This document shows positions 7,627-16,723 of a stretch of 27,130 nucleotides of DNA, in pieces. The notes under the pieces were generated by a model. It made no database searches. It saw only the letters and a list, made by a program, of their open reading frames with translations, and had not been told where the DNA came from. The translations under genes were made by a program, and so were the position numbers. Each line of letters begins with the position of its first letter. Position 1 is the stretch's first letter. The stretch comes from Candidatus Omnitrophota bacterium (GTDB taxonomy: Bacteria > Ratteibacteria > UBA8468 > MWAK01). The stretch is taken from NCBI GenBank assembly GCA_043797665.1, contig JAZDPL010000092.1, positions 1-27,130 of the forward strand, written 5' to 3'.

Positions 7627-8805
7627 ATGAAGAAAGCCATACAGTTTGGCGCAGGCAATATCGGTAGGGGTTTTTTAGGACAGTTATTTAACCGGTCCGG
7701 GTATAAGGTAGTATTTATTGATGTAAATAAGGAATTGGTTTCCAATATCAACAAAAGAGGTTCTTACCCGCTGAAAATTGTCAGCAATAAAGATTGCTAT
7801 CAAGTCACGGTCGGAGATGTGAGCGCGGTTCATACGGATAATATAAAAAGAATAGCCGAAGAAATAGCCGATGTCGGAATTATAGCTACCGCAGTCGGGA
7901 AAAGATCTTTGAAATCGATTGCTCCTCTCATTGCTTCCGGAATAGAGCGGCGGATAAAACTGGGGATAGAAGAACCCTTGAATATAATCATATGCGAGAA
8001 TCTTTTTCATGGGGCAGAGACTCTAAGGGCATATATTTTAGAGAGTATGGATAAAAAACATGAAGGGTATGTTAGACGCTGCCTGGGATTGGTAGAGTCT
8101 GTCGTCAGCCGCATGGTGCCCGGCAGGCCCGAAGCGGCGGGAAATGAAGACCCCCTTCTTCTCGTGGCAGAAGAATATGCCCTTCTGCCGGTTGATAAAA
8201 ACGGGTTTGTGGGTGATGTGCCGGCGATAGACGGAATGCAGACTTGTGATAACCTGATAGCCCGCCAGGAACAGAAGATGTTTACTCACAACACCGGACA
8301 TTCATTATGTGCTTATTGGGGATATCTAAAAGGATACCAATATATTCATGAGGCGATAGGAGATAGCCAGATAAGGTCTGCAACGGTCAATGCCCTGGAG
8401 GAGTCAGGACGGGCGCTTATCAAAAAGCATACGATTGACGCTCGGGAACACCGGGGCTATGTTGAGAATTTGCTGGAACGGTTCAATAATGGCGCTTTAG
8501 GCGATACCGTATCTCGTGGGGCCAAAGACCCTATTCGTAAGCTCGGAGCAGAAGACAGATTGGTAGGAGCTGCTAATCTGGCCTTAAAATCCGGAGTTAA
8601 GCCCGATTACTTAGCCTTAGGGATTGCTGCTACTCTTCATTATGACAATCCCCGGGATGAACAGGCGCTCAGATTACTTCAAATCAAAAGAGAAGGCATT
8701 GATAAGGTGCTGTCTGAAATATGTAACCTTGACCCCCGGGAGGAACTATCTTTGCTAATCAAAGGAAAAATGGGGCAAATAAAAAATTACGCGGGAGAGC
8801 GGTGA
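7627..8805 (+). CDS. mtlD: Mannitol-1-phosphate 5-dehydrogenase family oxidoreductase
   Basis: QFGAGNIGRGFLG, IICEN, V.RMVP, K....N.GH, RF.N..L.D...R...P.RKL...DRL; exact substrate uncertain. Confidence 0.85.
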   Translation: MKKAIQFGAGNIGRGFLGQLFNRSGYKVVFIDVNKELVSNINKRGSYPLKIVSNKDCYQVTVGDVSAVHTDNIKRIAEEIADVGIIATAVGKRSLKSIAPLIASGIERRIKLGIEEPLNIIICENLFHGAETLRAYILESMDKKHEGYVRRCLGLVESVVSRMVPGRPEAAGNEDPLLLVAEEYALLPVDKNGFVGDVPAIDGMQTCDNLIARQEQKMFTHNTGHSLCAYWGYLKGYQYIHEAIGDSQIRSATVNALEESGRALIKKHTIDAREHRGYVENLLERFNNGALGDTVSRGAKDPIRKLGAEDRLVGAANLALKSGVKPDYLALGIAATLHYDNPRDEQALRLLQIKREGIDKVLSEICNLDPREELSLLIKGKMGQIKNYAGER

Positions 8806-8806
8806 C

Positions 8807-9784
8807 ATGGAATCAGAAAATCATTTACTGATAGAGTTGTTCAGGCAAATGTTGCTCATCAGACGGTTTGAGGAAAAGGTAAAAGAGCTTTATATGCAAG
8901 GTAAAATTAAAGGCATGTTACACCTTTGTATCGGGCAGGAGGCGGTGGCGGTTGGCGTAGTATCTGTCCTTCAAGTGGGTGAGTATATCGTCAGCACTCA
9001 CCGTGGGCATGGACATTTCATTGCCAAAGGGGCGGACATCAGATTAATGATGGCCGAGTTATTCGGCAAAAAGACCGGTTACTGTAAAGGAAAAGGCGGC
9101 TCCATGCACATAGCGGACATAGACCTCGGTCACCTGGGTGCCAATGGTATTGTTGGCGAGAGTCTCCCCATTGCCACCGGAGCAGCATTAGCCTTTAAGA
9201 ACATACGGCAAACCAGCCAGATAGTGGTCTGTTTTTTTGGGGATGGTGCTTTAAATATGGGCGTGTTTCATGAATCACTTAATCTGGCCGGCCTATGGAA
9301 ATTGCCGGTGGTTTACATCTGTGAGAATAATTTATACGCACTATCTACACACGTAAAAAGAGCCTGTGCCATAGAAAATGTTGCCAAAAGGGCTGAAAGT
9401 TATGGAATGCCGGGTGTGACCGTAGATGGAATGGATGTCCTGGCAGTGAGAAACGAGGCAGAGGCAGCCGTCAAACGAGCCAGGGATGGAAAAGGCCCTT
9501 CTCTGCTTATATGCCAAACTTACCGGTTCTTGGGGCATGGCAGAAACCCTGACTGCCGCCTCTATCGGACAAAGGAAGAGGAAGAAAAATGGAAAATAAC
9601 GTGTCCGATTAAAATTTTTCGAAACAGCCTCTTAAATAAAAACATACTTTCAGAAAACGACCTTGGAAACATAGAGAATAAGATAACTCAAGAGATTGAT
9701 TCAGCCGTCAAATTTGCCGAGGAGAGTCCTGATCCTGTTTCTGAAGACTTGGAGGCAGATATATATGCGCCAAATAACGTATAG
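8807..9784 (+). CDS. TPP-dependent dehydrogenase E1 alpha subunit (acetoin/pyruvate type)
   Basis: HLCIGQEA, STHRGHGH, GKGGSMH, TPP motif GDGA...NN, TYRF.GH. Confidence 0.95.
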   Translation: MESENHLLIELFRQMLLIRRFEEKVKELYMQGKIKGMLHLCIGQEAVAVGVVSVLQVGEYIVSTHRGHGHFIAKGADIRLMMAELFGKKTGYCKGKGGSMHIADIDLGHLGANGIVGESLPIATGAALAFKNIRQTSQIVVCFFGDGALNMGVFHESLNLAGLWKLPVVYICENNLYALSTHVKRACAIENVAKRAESYGMPGVTVDGMDVLAVRNEAEAAVKRARDGKGPSLLICQTYRFLGHGRNPDCRLYRTKEEEEKWKITCPIKIFRNSLLNKNILSENDLGNIENKITQEIDSAVKFAEESPDPVSEDLEADIYAPNNV

Positions 9785-10736
9785 AGAAGCGCTCAGGGAA
9801 GCCTTGCGGGAAGAGATGGAACGCGACCCGTCCGTATTTCTTATTGGTGAAGACATTGGAATTTATGGCGGAGTGTACGCAGTAACTAAGGGGTTACTTG
9901 AAGAATTTGGAGAAAAACGGGTGCTTGATACCCCTATCTCGGAAGCAGTCATTGTCGGAGCCGCCACCGGAGCGGCTGCTGTGGGAACCAGACCGGTGGC
10001 CGAGATAATGTATATAAATTTCATGACTTTTTGTATGGACCAGATTGTTAATCAAGCCGCTAAGATGAGATATATGTTCGGCGGAAAAATCAAAGTTCCC
10101 CTCGTCATTAGAACCCAGGGAGGAGCGGGAACATTCTGTGCGGCCCAGCATTCTGAGAGTTTAGAGTCCTGGTTTATACATATTCCCGGGTTGAAAGTAG
10201 TTATGCCTTCAACTCCTTACGATGCCAAAGGTTTATTAAAAAGTTCCATTAGAGACGATAATGTAGTGATTTTTATCGAGCACACCCTTCTTTATAATAC
10301 AAAAGGGGACGTGCCGGAAGATGAATATCTGATTCCCCTGGGAAGCGCAGATATAAAACGGGAAGGAAAGGATGTGACGATTATATCTTACTCGCGGATG
10401 GTTTTACTGGCTCTTGAAGCGGCAGACGAACTTGCCAGGGAAGGAATAAGCGCGGAGATAATTGACCTCAGAACCCTAAGTCCCCTGGATATTGACACGC
10501 TCATCAATTCGGTAAAGAAGACCGGACGAGTGGTTATCTGCGAGGCAGATTGCAAAACCGGGGGTATGGGCGCAGAGATATTGTCCCAGATTACCGAACG
10601 TGCGTTTGATTTCCTTGACGCACCTCCAATAAGGATAGCCGGAAAAGATACCCCCATACCTTATAGTTCTGTTTTGGAAAAAATGGCTGTCCCCGATAAA
10701 GATGATATCGTCAAGAAGATTAGAGAAATCATATAA
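9765..10736 (+). CDS. TPP-dependent dehydrogenase E1 beta subunit
   Basis: GEDIG.YGG, DTPISE, RPVAEIM, AAQHS, PSTPYDAKGLL, IDLRTLSPLD; ATG 9765 follows GGAGG. Confidence 0.95.
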   Translation: MRQITYREALREALREEMERDPSVFLIGEDIGIYGGVYAVTKGLLEEFGEKRVLDTPISEAVIVGAATGAAAVGTRPVAEIMYINFMTFCMDQIVNQAAKMRYMFGGKIKVPLVIRTQGGAGTFCAAQHSESLESWFIHIPGLKVVMPSTPYDAKGLLKSSIRDDNVVIFIEHTLLYNTKGDVPEDEYLIPLGSADIKREGKDVTIISYSRMVLLALEAADELAREGISAEIIDLRTLSPLDIDTLINSVKKTGRVVICEADCKTGGMGAEILSQITERAFDFLDAPPIRIAGKDTPIPYSSVLEKMAVPDKDDIVKKIREII

Positions 10737-10755
10737 ACCGGAGAGGAGAAAAACC

Positions 10756-12135
10756 ATGGAAAAAACGAAGATGAATTTTGTAGAAGTTGGAAAGATTGCC
10801 GGAAAAATCATTAATGAAACACTGCCTGAGATTGACGTAAACTTAGTGGTCACGCAAGAAGAGTATAAGCATCGCTGGCAAAAGATACAGGTCAAACTTA
10901 AAGAAAAAGGATATGATGTCGGTTATGCCTGCGGGAGTGAAATGGATAGAAGTGATATTGCCTGGATGGCAGGGGTATTTGACCCGATCGTCGAGAGATA
11001 CGGTATTCTCATAGGCGTTGAAGGCCCTCCCGTAATACTTGCCGGGTCGGAAGGAGGCCACGTAGTGGCGGAAGCCAAGGACCGTTCCGGCGCCGAAGTT
11101 TCACTCCTGCGCGAGTTCCAAATATCGGACGAAGATTATCGTCATACAAAATTTGATACGCTGGAGAATGTTCTGAAGAAAATGGGGGTTCCGAAAAATG
11201 GAAAAGCGGCCATTTTTGCCAGTTCCGAATTTGTTCCTTATCACCATGTAGTGATGCTGCAGGCCATATTCGGGTCCGACAACGTCTCTTTTGATCCGCT
11301 CCTTTTGCAGCTCATTAAATACGAGAAGTCGGAAAAAGAACTGGCCATCTGTCAGATGTCCAACATAGTAAGTGATGCCGCATTCCGAGCCATGCTGGCT
11401 GTGTGCGTCCCCGGTATGACGGAATTGCAAGTGGCCGGTGCCGGCGATTTTGTTATGAAAGAACTGGGGGCCGGACGGCAGGGTTTCCCCACCATCGTCA
11501 CTGCCGGGAAAAGGGGCTACACCATCATCGGGCCGGCAACAAATAACAGGATTCAAGAGGGCGATATTGTTTCCATGGGTATCAGCGGGACATTTAACGG
11601 CTACCACGGGATTATCCGACGGACTATCCGGGCGGGCAAGAATTTTTCTCCGGACCAGATGGAAGTCGTGCGGGCCGTGGAGGGACTTTATACCACTGTC
11701 ATGGATGCAACGATTGAGGCCGCAAAAACAAACGCCCCGTCCAACACCATCGACCTGAAAGGAAAAGAATACATCGCCAAGCTGAAACTAAAAGCCCTTG
11801 ACGGCTCGATAGTTACCCCCCAGGAACCGTACACTTTTATTCATAACGCCGGTTGCAGCGAAGCAAGCGAAGGATACGGCGCTATCACGCCCTATACACA
11901 AACTCCCATCGGGGAGCGGGCTACCCTGATGTGCGATGTGGCTCTCAAGGGTTTCATCAATAAAGGTGAACCTCTCTTTAACATTCTGTATGCAGTGGTT
12001 GAGGATTCCCTTTGGAAATGCAGTAAAGAAGCAGGTGTTTACAATCGGCTGCCGATCAATGTCCAGCATTTAGTGGGCAATACCGAACCGTTAGGGAACA
12101 ACATTAACCCATACCATAAATACTTCTCCTTGTAA
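10756..12135 (+). CDS. M24 (Xaa-Pro peptidase / creatinase) fold protein with atypical active site
   Basis: KSEKEL, PGMTE, FPTIV.AG, I.EGD.V, GY....RT, VED; ATG 10756 follows AGGAG. Confidence 0.8.
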   Translation: MEKTKMNFVEVGKIAGKIINETLPEIDVNLVVTQEEYKHRWQKIQVKLKEKGYDVGYACGSEMDRSDIAWMAGVFDPIVERYGILIGVEGPPVILAGSEGGHVVAEAKDRSGAEVSLLREFQISDEDYRHTKFDTLENVLKKMGVPKNGKAAIFASSEFVPYHHVVMLQAIFGSDNVSFDPLLLQLIKYEKSEKELAICQMSNIVSDAAFRAMLAVCVPGMTELQVAGAGDFVMKELGAGRQGFPTIVTAGKRGYTIIGPATNNRIQEGDIVSMGISGTFNGYHGIIRRTIRAGKNFSPDQMEVVRAVEGLYTTVMDATIEAAKTNAPSNTIDLKGKEYIAKLKLKALDGSIVTPQEPYTFIHNAGCSEASEGYGAITPYTQTPIGERATLMCDVALKGFINKGEPLFNILYAVVEDSLWKCSKEAGVYNRLPINVQHLVGNTEPLGNNINPYHKYFSL

Positions 12136-12179
12136 AGGATGTGTTGCGGACTCAGGAGGCACTCTAAACTCAAGAAACA

Positions 12180-12207
12180 GGTTCGAACGTCGTCCCGTAA
12201 GCCACCC
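12180..12207 (+). repeat. 28-bp att-like direct repeat, copy 3; apparent right border of the accessory region
   Basis: Identical to copy 2. Confidence 0.95.
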
Positions 12208-12297
12208 GGTCACAGTAGTTCCAAAAAGAGGCGGGTAGAATTCCTATAAGGCTTTATTATTTTGGGATTATGGAATATAATATGTACGGAGGAAGAT

Positions 12298-12663
12298 ATG
12301 GAGAAGAAAATTCTTGTGGTTGATGACGAAGAAGATATCAGAACGCTTTTGACAACATCGTTTGAATCGCAGGGATACCAGATAATTAGTGCCGCTGACG
12401 GTACCCAGGGCTGGGAGATGCTCAAAAACCATAAGCCGGATTTACTGATTACGGATGTTAATATGCCCGGGATAAACGGAATAGAACTTCTAAAGAAAGT
12501 ACGTGAAGATTCTGACCTGAAAGATATGCCGGTAATTATGTTGACCGGTAAATCGGCGGATGAGGAAATTCTGTCCGGACTCTCCCAGGGAGCTGACCAC
12601 TACATTACCAAGCCGTTTACCATCAAAACCGTCCTGAATACGGTTAAGATGGTGTTTGGGTGA
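12298..12663 (+). CDS. Single-domain CheY-like response regulator
   Basis: ILVVDDE, DLLITDVNMPG, PVIMLT, GAD.YITKPF; GGAGG Shine-Dalgarno. Confidence 0.95.
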   Translation: MEKKILVVDDEEDIRTLLTTSFESQGYQIISAADGTQGWEMLKNHKPDLLITDVNMPGINGIELLKKVREDSDLKDMPVIMLTGKSADEEILSGLSQGADHYITKPFTIKTVLNTVKMVFG

Positions 12664-12674
12664 GAAAAAAAGAT

Positions 12675-13775
12675 TCAGGCGATAATTCCCCCCTCTTCAC
12701 TGAGAAAGATTCCTTTGAATTTCATCCCCAGACTATCAGGATTATCAGCATATTCAAGGGCTACTTCCTTGGTGATGAAATTTTTATTTACCAGCTCAAA
12801 AAGTGAGGTTTCAAAATCTAACATCCCTTCTTTTTTTGCGGATTTAATAGCTCTGATTATCTTTTCGTACTGTCCTTCGGAAATCAGCTTTGAGATTATC
12901 GGGCTTGAAAGTAAAATTTCAGAGGCAGGAACCAGGGGTATCTCTTCCTGGCACGATGGAAGTAACATCTGGCAGACCACGGCTTTCAAATGTAAGCTCA
13001 GAGATTTTCTTATTTCCGGATGTCTGTCCTGAGGGAAGAAATTAAGAATCCGAATTATGGTCTGAGCGGCATTAGAACTGTGAAGTGTCCCGAAAACCAG
13101 GTGTCCTGTTTCGGCGCCAGTCAGGGCAAATTCAACCGTTTCCGGGTCTCGCATTTCCCCGATTAGAATAACATCCGGGTCCTCCCGCATAGCGTATTTC
13201 AATGCATCCCGAAACGATTTAACATCTATGCCGACTTCCCTTTGGTTGATGATTGATTTTTCGTCCTGGTAAAGAAACTCGATGGGGTCCTCAATACATA
13301 AGATATGGCAATTCTTCGTTTTATTAATATGGTTCACCATTGCCGCCAATGTGGTAGATTTCCCGCTGCCGGTAGCTCCGGTAACGAGAACCAATCCGTT
13401 GGTAAAGTTTAATATTTCTTTGATGGATGGCGGAAGATTCAGACTTTCAAAATCAGGGGTGAAAAAGGGGATTCTTCTGCCAACAAGGGCCAGCGTTCCC
13501 CGCTGGACGAAAATATTTATGCGGAATCTCCCTATCCGGGGAATTCCGATGGCGGTGTCGAAGTTCCCCCCTTCTTCCAGGATGGCAATTTCTTTTTCGG
13601 AAAGAATCCCGTAAATCATCTTTTTCAGCCGTTCCGGACTGATTTTGGGAAGTTTGAGTCTTACGATTTCGCTTTTAATTCTGAATGCAGGAGTAGTATC
13701 AGCCTTCAGATGGACATCGGATGCACCTTTGGTGTGCATCATTTTCAAGAGGTCAATCAATGAAAAGTTTTCCAT
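12675..13775 (-). CDS. PilT/PilU-family type IV pilus retraction ATPase
   Basis: GASDVHL, GATGSGKST, IEDPIE, QREVG, REDPDVILIGEMRD, ETGHLV.GTLH; lacks the PilT AIRNLIRE motif. Confidence 0.93.
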   Translation of the reverse strand: MENFSLIDLLKMMHTKGASDVHLKADTTPAFRIKSEIVRLKLPKISPERLKKMIYGILSEKEIAILEEGGNFDTAIGIPRIGRFRINIFVQRGTLALVGRRIPFFTPDFESLNLPPSIKEILNFTNGLVLVTGATGSGKSTTLAAMVNHINKTKNCHILCIEDPIEFLYQDEKSIINQREVGIDVKSFRDALKYAMREDPDVILIGEMRDPETVEFALTGAETGHLVFGTLHSSNAAQTIIRILNFFPQDRHPEIRKSLSLHLKAVVCQMLLPSCQEEIPLVPASEILLSSPIISKLISEGQYEKIIRAIKSAKKEGMLDFETSLFELVNKNFITKEVALEYADNPDSLGMKFKGIFLSEEGGIIA

Positions 13776-13777
13776 TT

Positions 13778-14680
13778 TTACTCCTTCCCTGGGTTGGGAA
13801 AGCTATTTAGTTTTTTAACATTATATACCGAGGTATCGCAGATTGTAAAATCCGAAGTTAAAGAGACCATCCAGAAAGGGTCGATCGGTTTCCCTTGCAA
13901 ATAGATTCCAAAATGAAGGTGTGGCTCAGTCGACCAGCCGGTATTACCCACTTCGGCGATGACTTCGTTTTGGTCGACCATATCCCCGACCTTTTTAAAG
14001 ATTCGGGACAGGTGAAAGTAACAACTGACCACTCCTTGTCCGTGATCGATAATCAGGAGGTTACCGTATATATTAAAATTGTGCTCACTCAGAATGACCT
14101 TTCCCGAATTTGTTGCCTGAACCGGCGTACCTTCCGGAGCAGTGAGGTCCACTCCCCAGTGATAGTAGGTGTAAGTTCCCAGGTTACGTTTGACACCAAA
14201 TTCGGTACTGACTTCACTCCTGAGTGGGAGAAGAAACGGCTGATTCCAATACTTTTGGGGCTCCCGGTTATTGATGGCTGCAAGGACTTTTTTCTGTTGT
14301 TCAGGAATGGAAGGTTGTGCTTTTCTCATCCTCCGGCTGGTTTTACCCAGGGATACCGTCTTTATCTTCCTTTGGGCCACTTTTACTAAAAAGGAGTGTT
14401 TTTTTTCCGGACCGGCAGGAGATATCTTCTCCACGGTTAGTTCCCTCTCTCCAGCGGTTTCGATGCCCAGGGGCAGAAAGATTTCCCATACACCTTCCGA
14501 GACCGGAAAGGGTTTATATCTCTGATGTTCAAAGCGGATCCGGTAGTCGCCTTCCGAATCTCCTTTAAACCGGAGTATGAGACCTTCTCCGCCGGTCAGG
14601 TTTTCCGGCAATGTTTGGAAGGTAAATGCCTGCAGTTGAGATACAATTAGCGATGTTACTAACCACTTCCTTCTACTCAT
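13778..14680 (-). CDS. M23-family metallopeptidase
   Basis: HWGVD (HxxxD), YGN..IIDHG.G....Y.HL, GNTG.ST.PHLHF. Confidence 0.92.
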   Translation of the reverse strand: MSRRKWLVTSLIVSQLQAFTFQTLPENLTGGEGLILRFKGDSEGDYRIRFEHQRYKPFPVSEGVWEIFLPLGIETAGERELTVEKISPAGPEKKHSFLVKVAQRKIKTVSLGKTSRRMRKAQPSIPEQQKKVLAAINNREPQKYWNQPFLLPLRSEVSTEFGVKRNLGTYTYYHWGVDLTAPEGTPVQATNSGKVILSEHNFNIYGNLLIIDHGQGVVSCYFHLSRIFKKVGDMVDQNEVIAEVGNTGWSTEPHLHFGIYLQGKPIDPFWMVSLTSDFTICDTSVYNVKKLNSFPNPGKE

Positions 14681-14824
14681 CTTATCACGGATGGTGTCCA
14701 GTCAGGCGTAAAAAGCGTCTGCCATTCCGGCAATATCATTTTTATTATACCCCACCACCTATGAAGAAGGGAAGAGTATCGTCTCCAGTAACTGCGCCAT
14801 CTCAGCTCTATTTTTAAGTAGTAC

Positions 14825-14853
14825 TGGACAAACAGATGGAAAGATAGTATAAT
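14825..14853 (+). promoter_or_regulatory. sigma70 promoter of the cold-shock gene (implies a 5' UTR of about 100 nt)
   Basis: TGGACA-17 nt-TATAAT. Confidence 0.6.
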
Positions 14854-14962
14854 AGTAAATAACAGAAAGTAGATTGGATATATTTGGCCGCAGGGTGAGA
14901 AGGCGCTAACCTTGAGGTTTTTGTTTTTAAGCGCACTAAGAAACTGGAATAAGGAGGTCAGG

Positions 14963-15169
14963 GTGCATAACGGGAAGATAAAGAAATTAGTTCGTGAGAG
15001 AGGCTTTGGTTTTATCAGCGACACCGACGGTACGGAAGTTTTTTTCCATCGGAGCAGTCTGATGGATGTTGAGTTCGATGCTCTATCAGAAGAACAGGGG
15101 GTAGAATTTGAGACCGAGAAGTCGGACAAGGGACCGCGTGCCATTAATGTGCGCGTTGTCCAGCAATAA
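14963..15169 (+). CDS. Cold-shock domain protein
   Basis: RNP1 RGFGFI, RNP2 VFFH, KGPRA.NV; GTG start after AAGGAGG. Confidence 0.93.
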   Translation: MHNGKIKKLVRERGFGFISDTDGTEVFFHRSSLMDVEFDALSEEQGVEFETEKSDKGPRAINVRVVQQ

Positions 15170-15192
15170 CCGTATTTTCTCGTGTCTAAAAA

Positions 15193-15217
15193 GATAAAAC
15201 CGATAAAACCGATAAAA
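15193..15217 (+). repeat. Short tandem repeat of GATAAAACC (two full copies plus a partial third)
   Basis: gataaaaccgataaaaccgataaaa. Confidence 0.7.
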
Positions 15218-15359
15218 GAACGCAGGGTTTGTAAGTTTTTAGGTTGCAGGCATGTTTTAAGCATATATAACCCTGAAACCTACTGTTATGTCCATCAGCA
15301 GCTCGTTGTGGTAATACAAACGCCCAAAAGAGCATTAGGCCCTGCATAGAATTCAAGGG

Positions 15360-16649
15360 ATGACACAGGCACATCAGCAGGCAAATACTTATTTTTACGG
15401 TTTAGGTATTGCGCCGAGAATTCTTGAGGTATTAGACCGCCTGCAATTTACGGTTCCGACGCCGATTCAGCATAAAGCCATACCTATCGCGATAGAAGGT
15501 AAGGACATTATCGGAATCGCGCAGTCCGGTACCGGAAAGACGCTGGCGTTCGCCATTCCCATTATTCAGCGTCTTGCTCAGCAAAAGGGGCGGTGCCTCA
15601 TCCTTGTTCCCACCAGAGAACTCGCCTTGCAAATCGATGAAACGTTCCGGAATCTCACTCCTTTATTCAGCATGTGCACAGCCGTTCTTATAGGCGGAGC
15701 CTCTATGCATATGCAGCTGCAGGCACTGCGAAAAAATCCCCGCATTCTTATAGCAACACCCGGCCGTCTCGTCGATCACATAAATCGACGCACGGTATTT
15801 TTGTCCGATGCATCCGTGTTAGTCCTCGATGAAGCCGACCGCATGCTTGATATGGGATTTTTGCCGCAGATTGAACGCATCCTAAAACTTATCCCGAGGG
15901 AAAGACAGACAATGCTCTTTTCGGCAACCATACCCAAAGAAGTTATCACCATAGCGGCCGCGCATATGAAACTGCCCGTTCACATTGAGGTTGCGCCATC
16001 CGGCACAACGGCAGAGGGCATCATTCAGGAACTATTCATTGTCAAAAAAGACGCAAAGAAAGAACTTCTTATTAAATTGCTCGCCCAGTATCACGGATCG
16101 GCGTTGCTTTTTTCCCGTACGAAGATCGGCGCGTCAAAAATCGTGCGTTTTCTCAGAGAAGCAGGACATCGCGCCGCAGAAATCCACTCGAACCGTTCTC
16201 TGCCTCAGCGTCTCGAAGCACTCGAGGGTTTTAAATCCGGTAAATACAGGGTGCTTGTCGCGACCGATATCGCGGCCAGGGGGATTGACGTCATCGGCAT
16301 AGAAATTGTTATCAACTATGACCTTCCCGAAGACGTCGAAAATTACGTGCACCGTATCGGCCGCACGGCACGTGCCGGACACGAAGGACGCGCCATATCT
16401 TTTGCGACGCCCGACCAGTGGTCCGACGTCCGTAATATCGAGAAACTGATCAAGACGGAACTGCCCATTTTGGAACACCCGGAACTCCCCCGGGAAATCT
16501 TCACCAAAAATTCAGCCCAGCCTGCCGGCCCCGCTTCAGGGGGGAGCCGAAATCGTAAATATTACGGGCACGACAATACCCGCCGCAAACACTATTCTGG
16601 AGGCGGGTCCGCCCACCGCCGCAGAACACACAAGCCGGCATCCCGTTAG
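15360..16649 (+). CDS. DEAD-box RNA helicase (RhlE-like)
   Basis: PTPIQ, SGTGKT, PTRELA, TPGRL, DEAD, SAT, ARGID, HRIGRTAR; basic C-terminal tail. Confidence 0.96.
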   Translation: MTQAHQQANTYFYGLGIAPRILEVLDRLQFTVPTPIQHKAIPIAIEGKDIIGIAQSGTGKTLAFAIPIIQRLAQQKGRCLILVPTRELALQIDETFRNLTPLFSMCTAVLIGGASMHMQLQALRKNPRILIATPGRLVDHINRRTVFLSDASVLVLDEADRMLDMGFLPQIERILKLIPRERQTMLFSATIPKEVITIAAAHMKLPVHIEVAPSGTTAEGIIQELFIVKKDAKKELLIKLLAQYHGSALLFSRTKIGASKIVRFLREAGHRAAEIHSNRSLPQRLEALEGFKSGKYRVLVATDIAARGIDVIGIEIVINYDLPEDVENYVHRIGRTARAGHEGRAISFATPDQWSDVRNIEKLIKTELPILEHPELPREIFTKNSAQPAGPASGGSRNRKYYGHDNTRRKHYSGGGSAHRRRTHKPASR

Positions 16650-16667
16650 CCACCCGGCGGGTTTTTA

Positions 16668-16717
16668 GTAGGGGTCGGATTCATCCGACCCGCGGGTTCG
16701 ATAAATCGAACCCCTAC
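16668..16717. repeat. GTAG-type REP doublet (two hairpins)
   Basis: GTAGGGGTCGGATTCATCCGACCCGCGGGTTCGATAAATCGAACCCCTAC. Confidence 0.85.
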
Positions 16718-16723
16718 TCTGCG

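Noticed and set aside
114..12207. 28-bp repeats as a CRISPR array, dif site or integron attC
   Set aside because: Spacing is kilobases with whole genes between and there are no cas genes. There is no XerC/XerD arm consensus and no RYYYAAC...GTTRRRY long palindrome.
14087..14098. ACTCAGAATGAC resembling the arm of the 26109 element
   Set aside because: Lies within M23 coding sequence (VILSE) and has no partner arm.
14677..15264. 195-aa minus-strand ORF
   Set aside because: Antisense shadow of the cold-shock gene and its promoter; no recognisable motifs.
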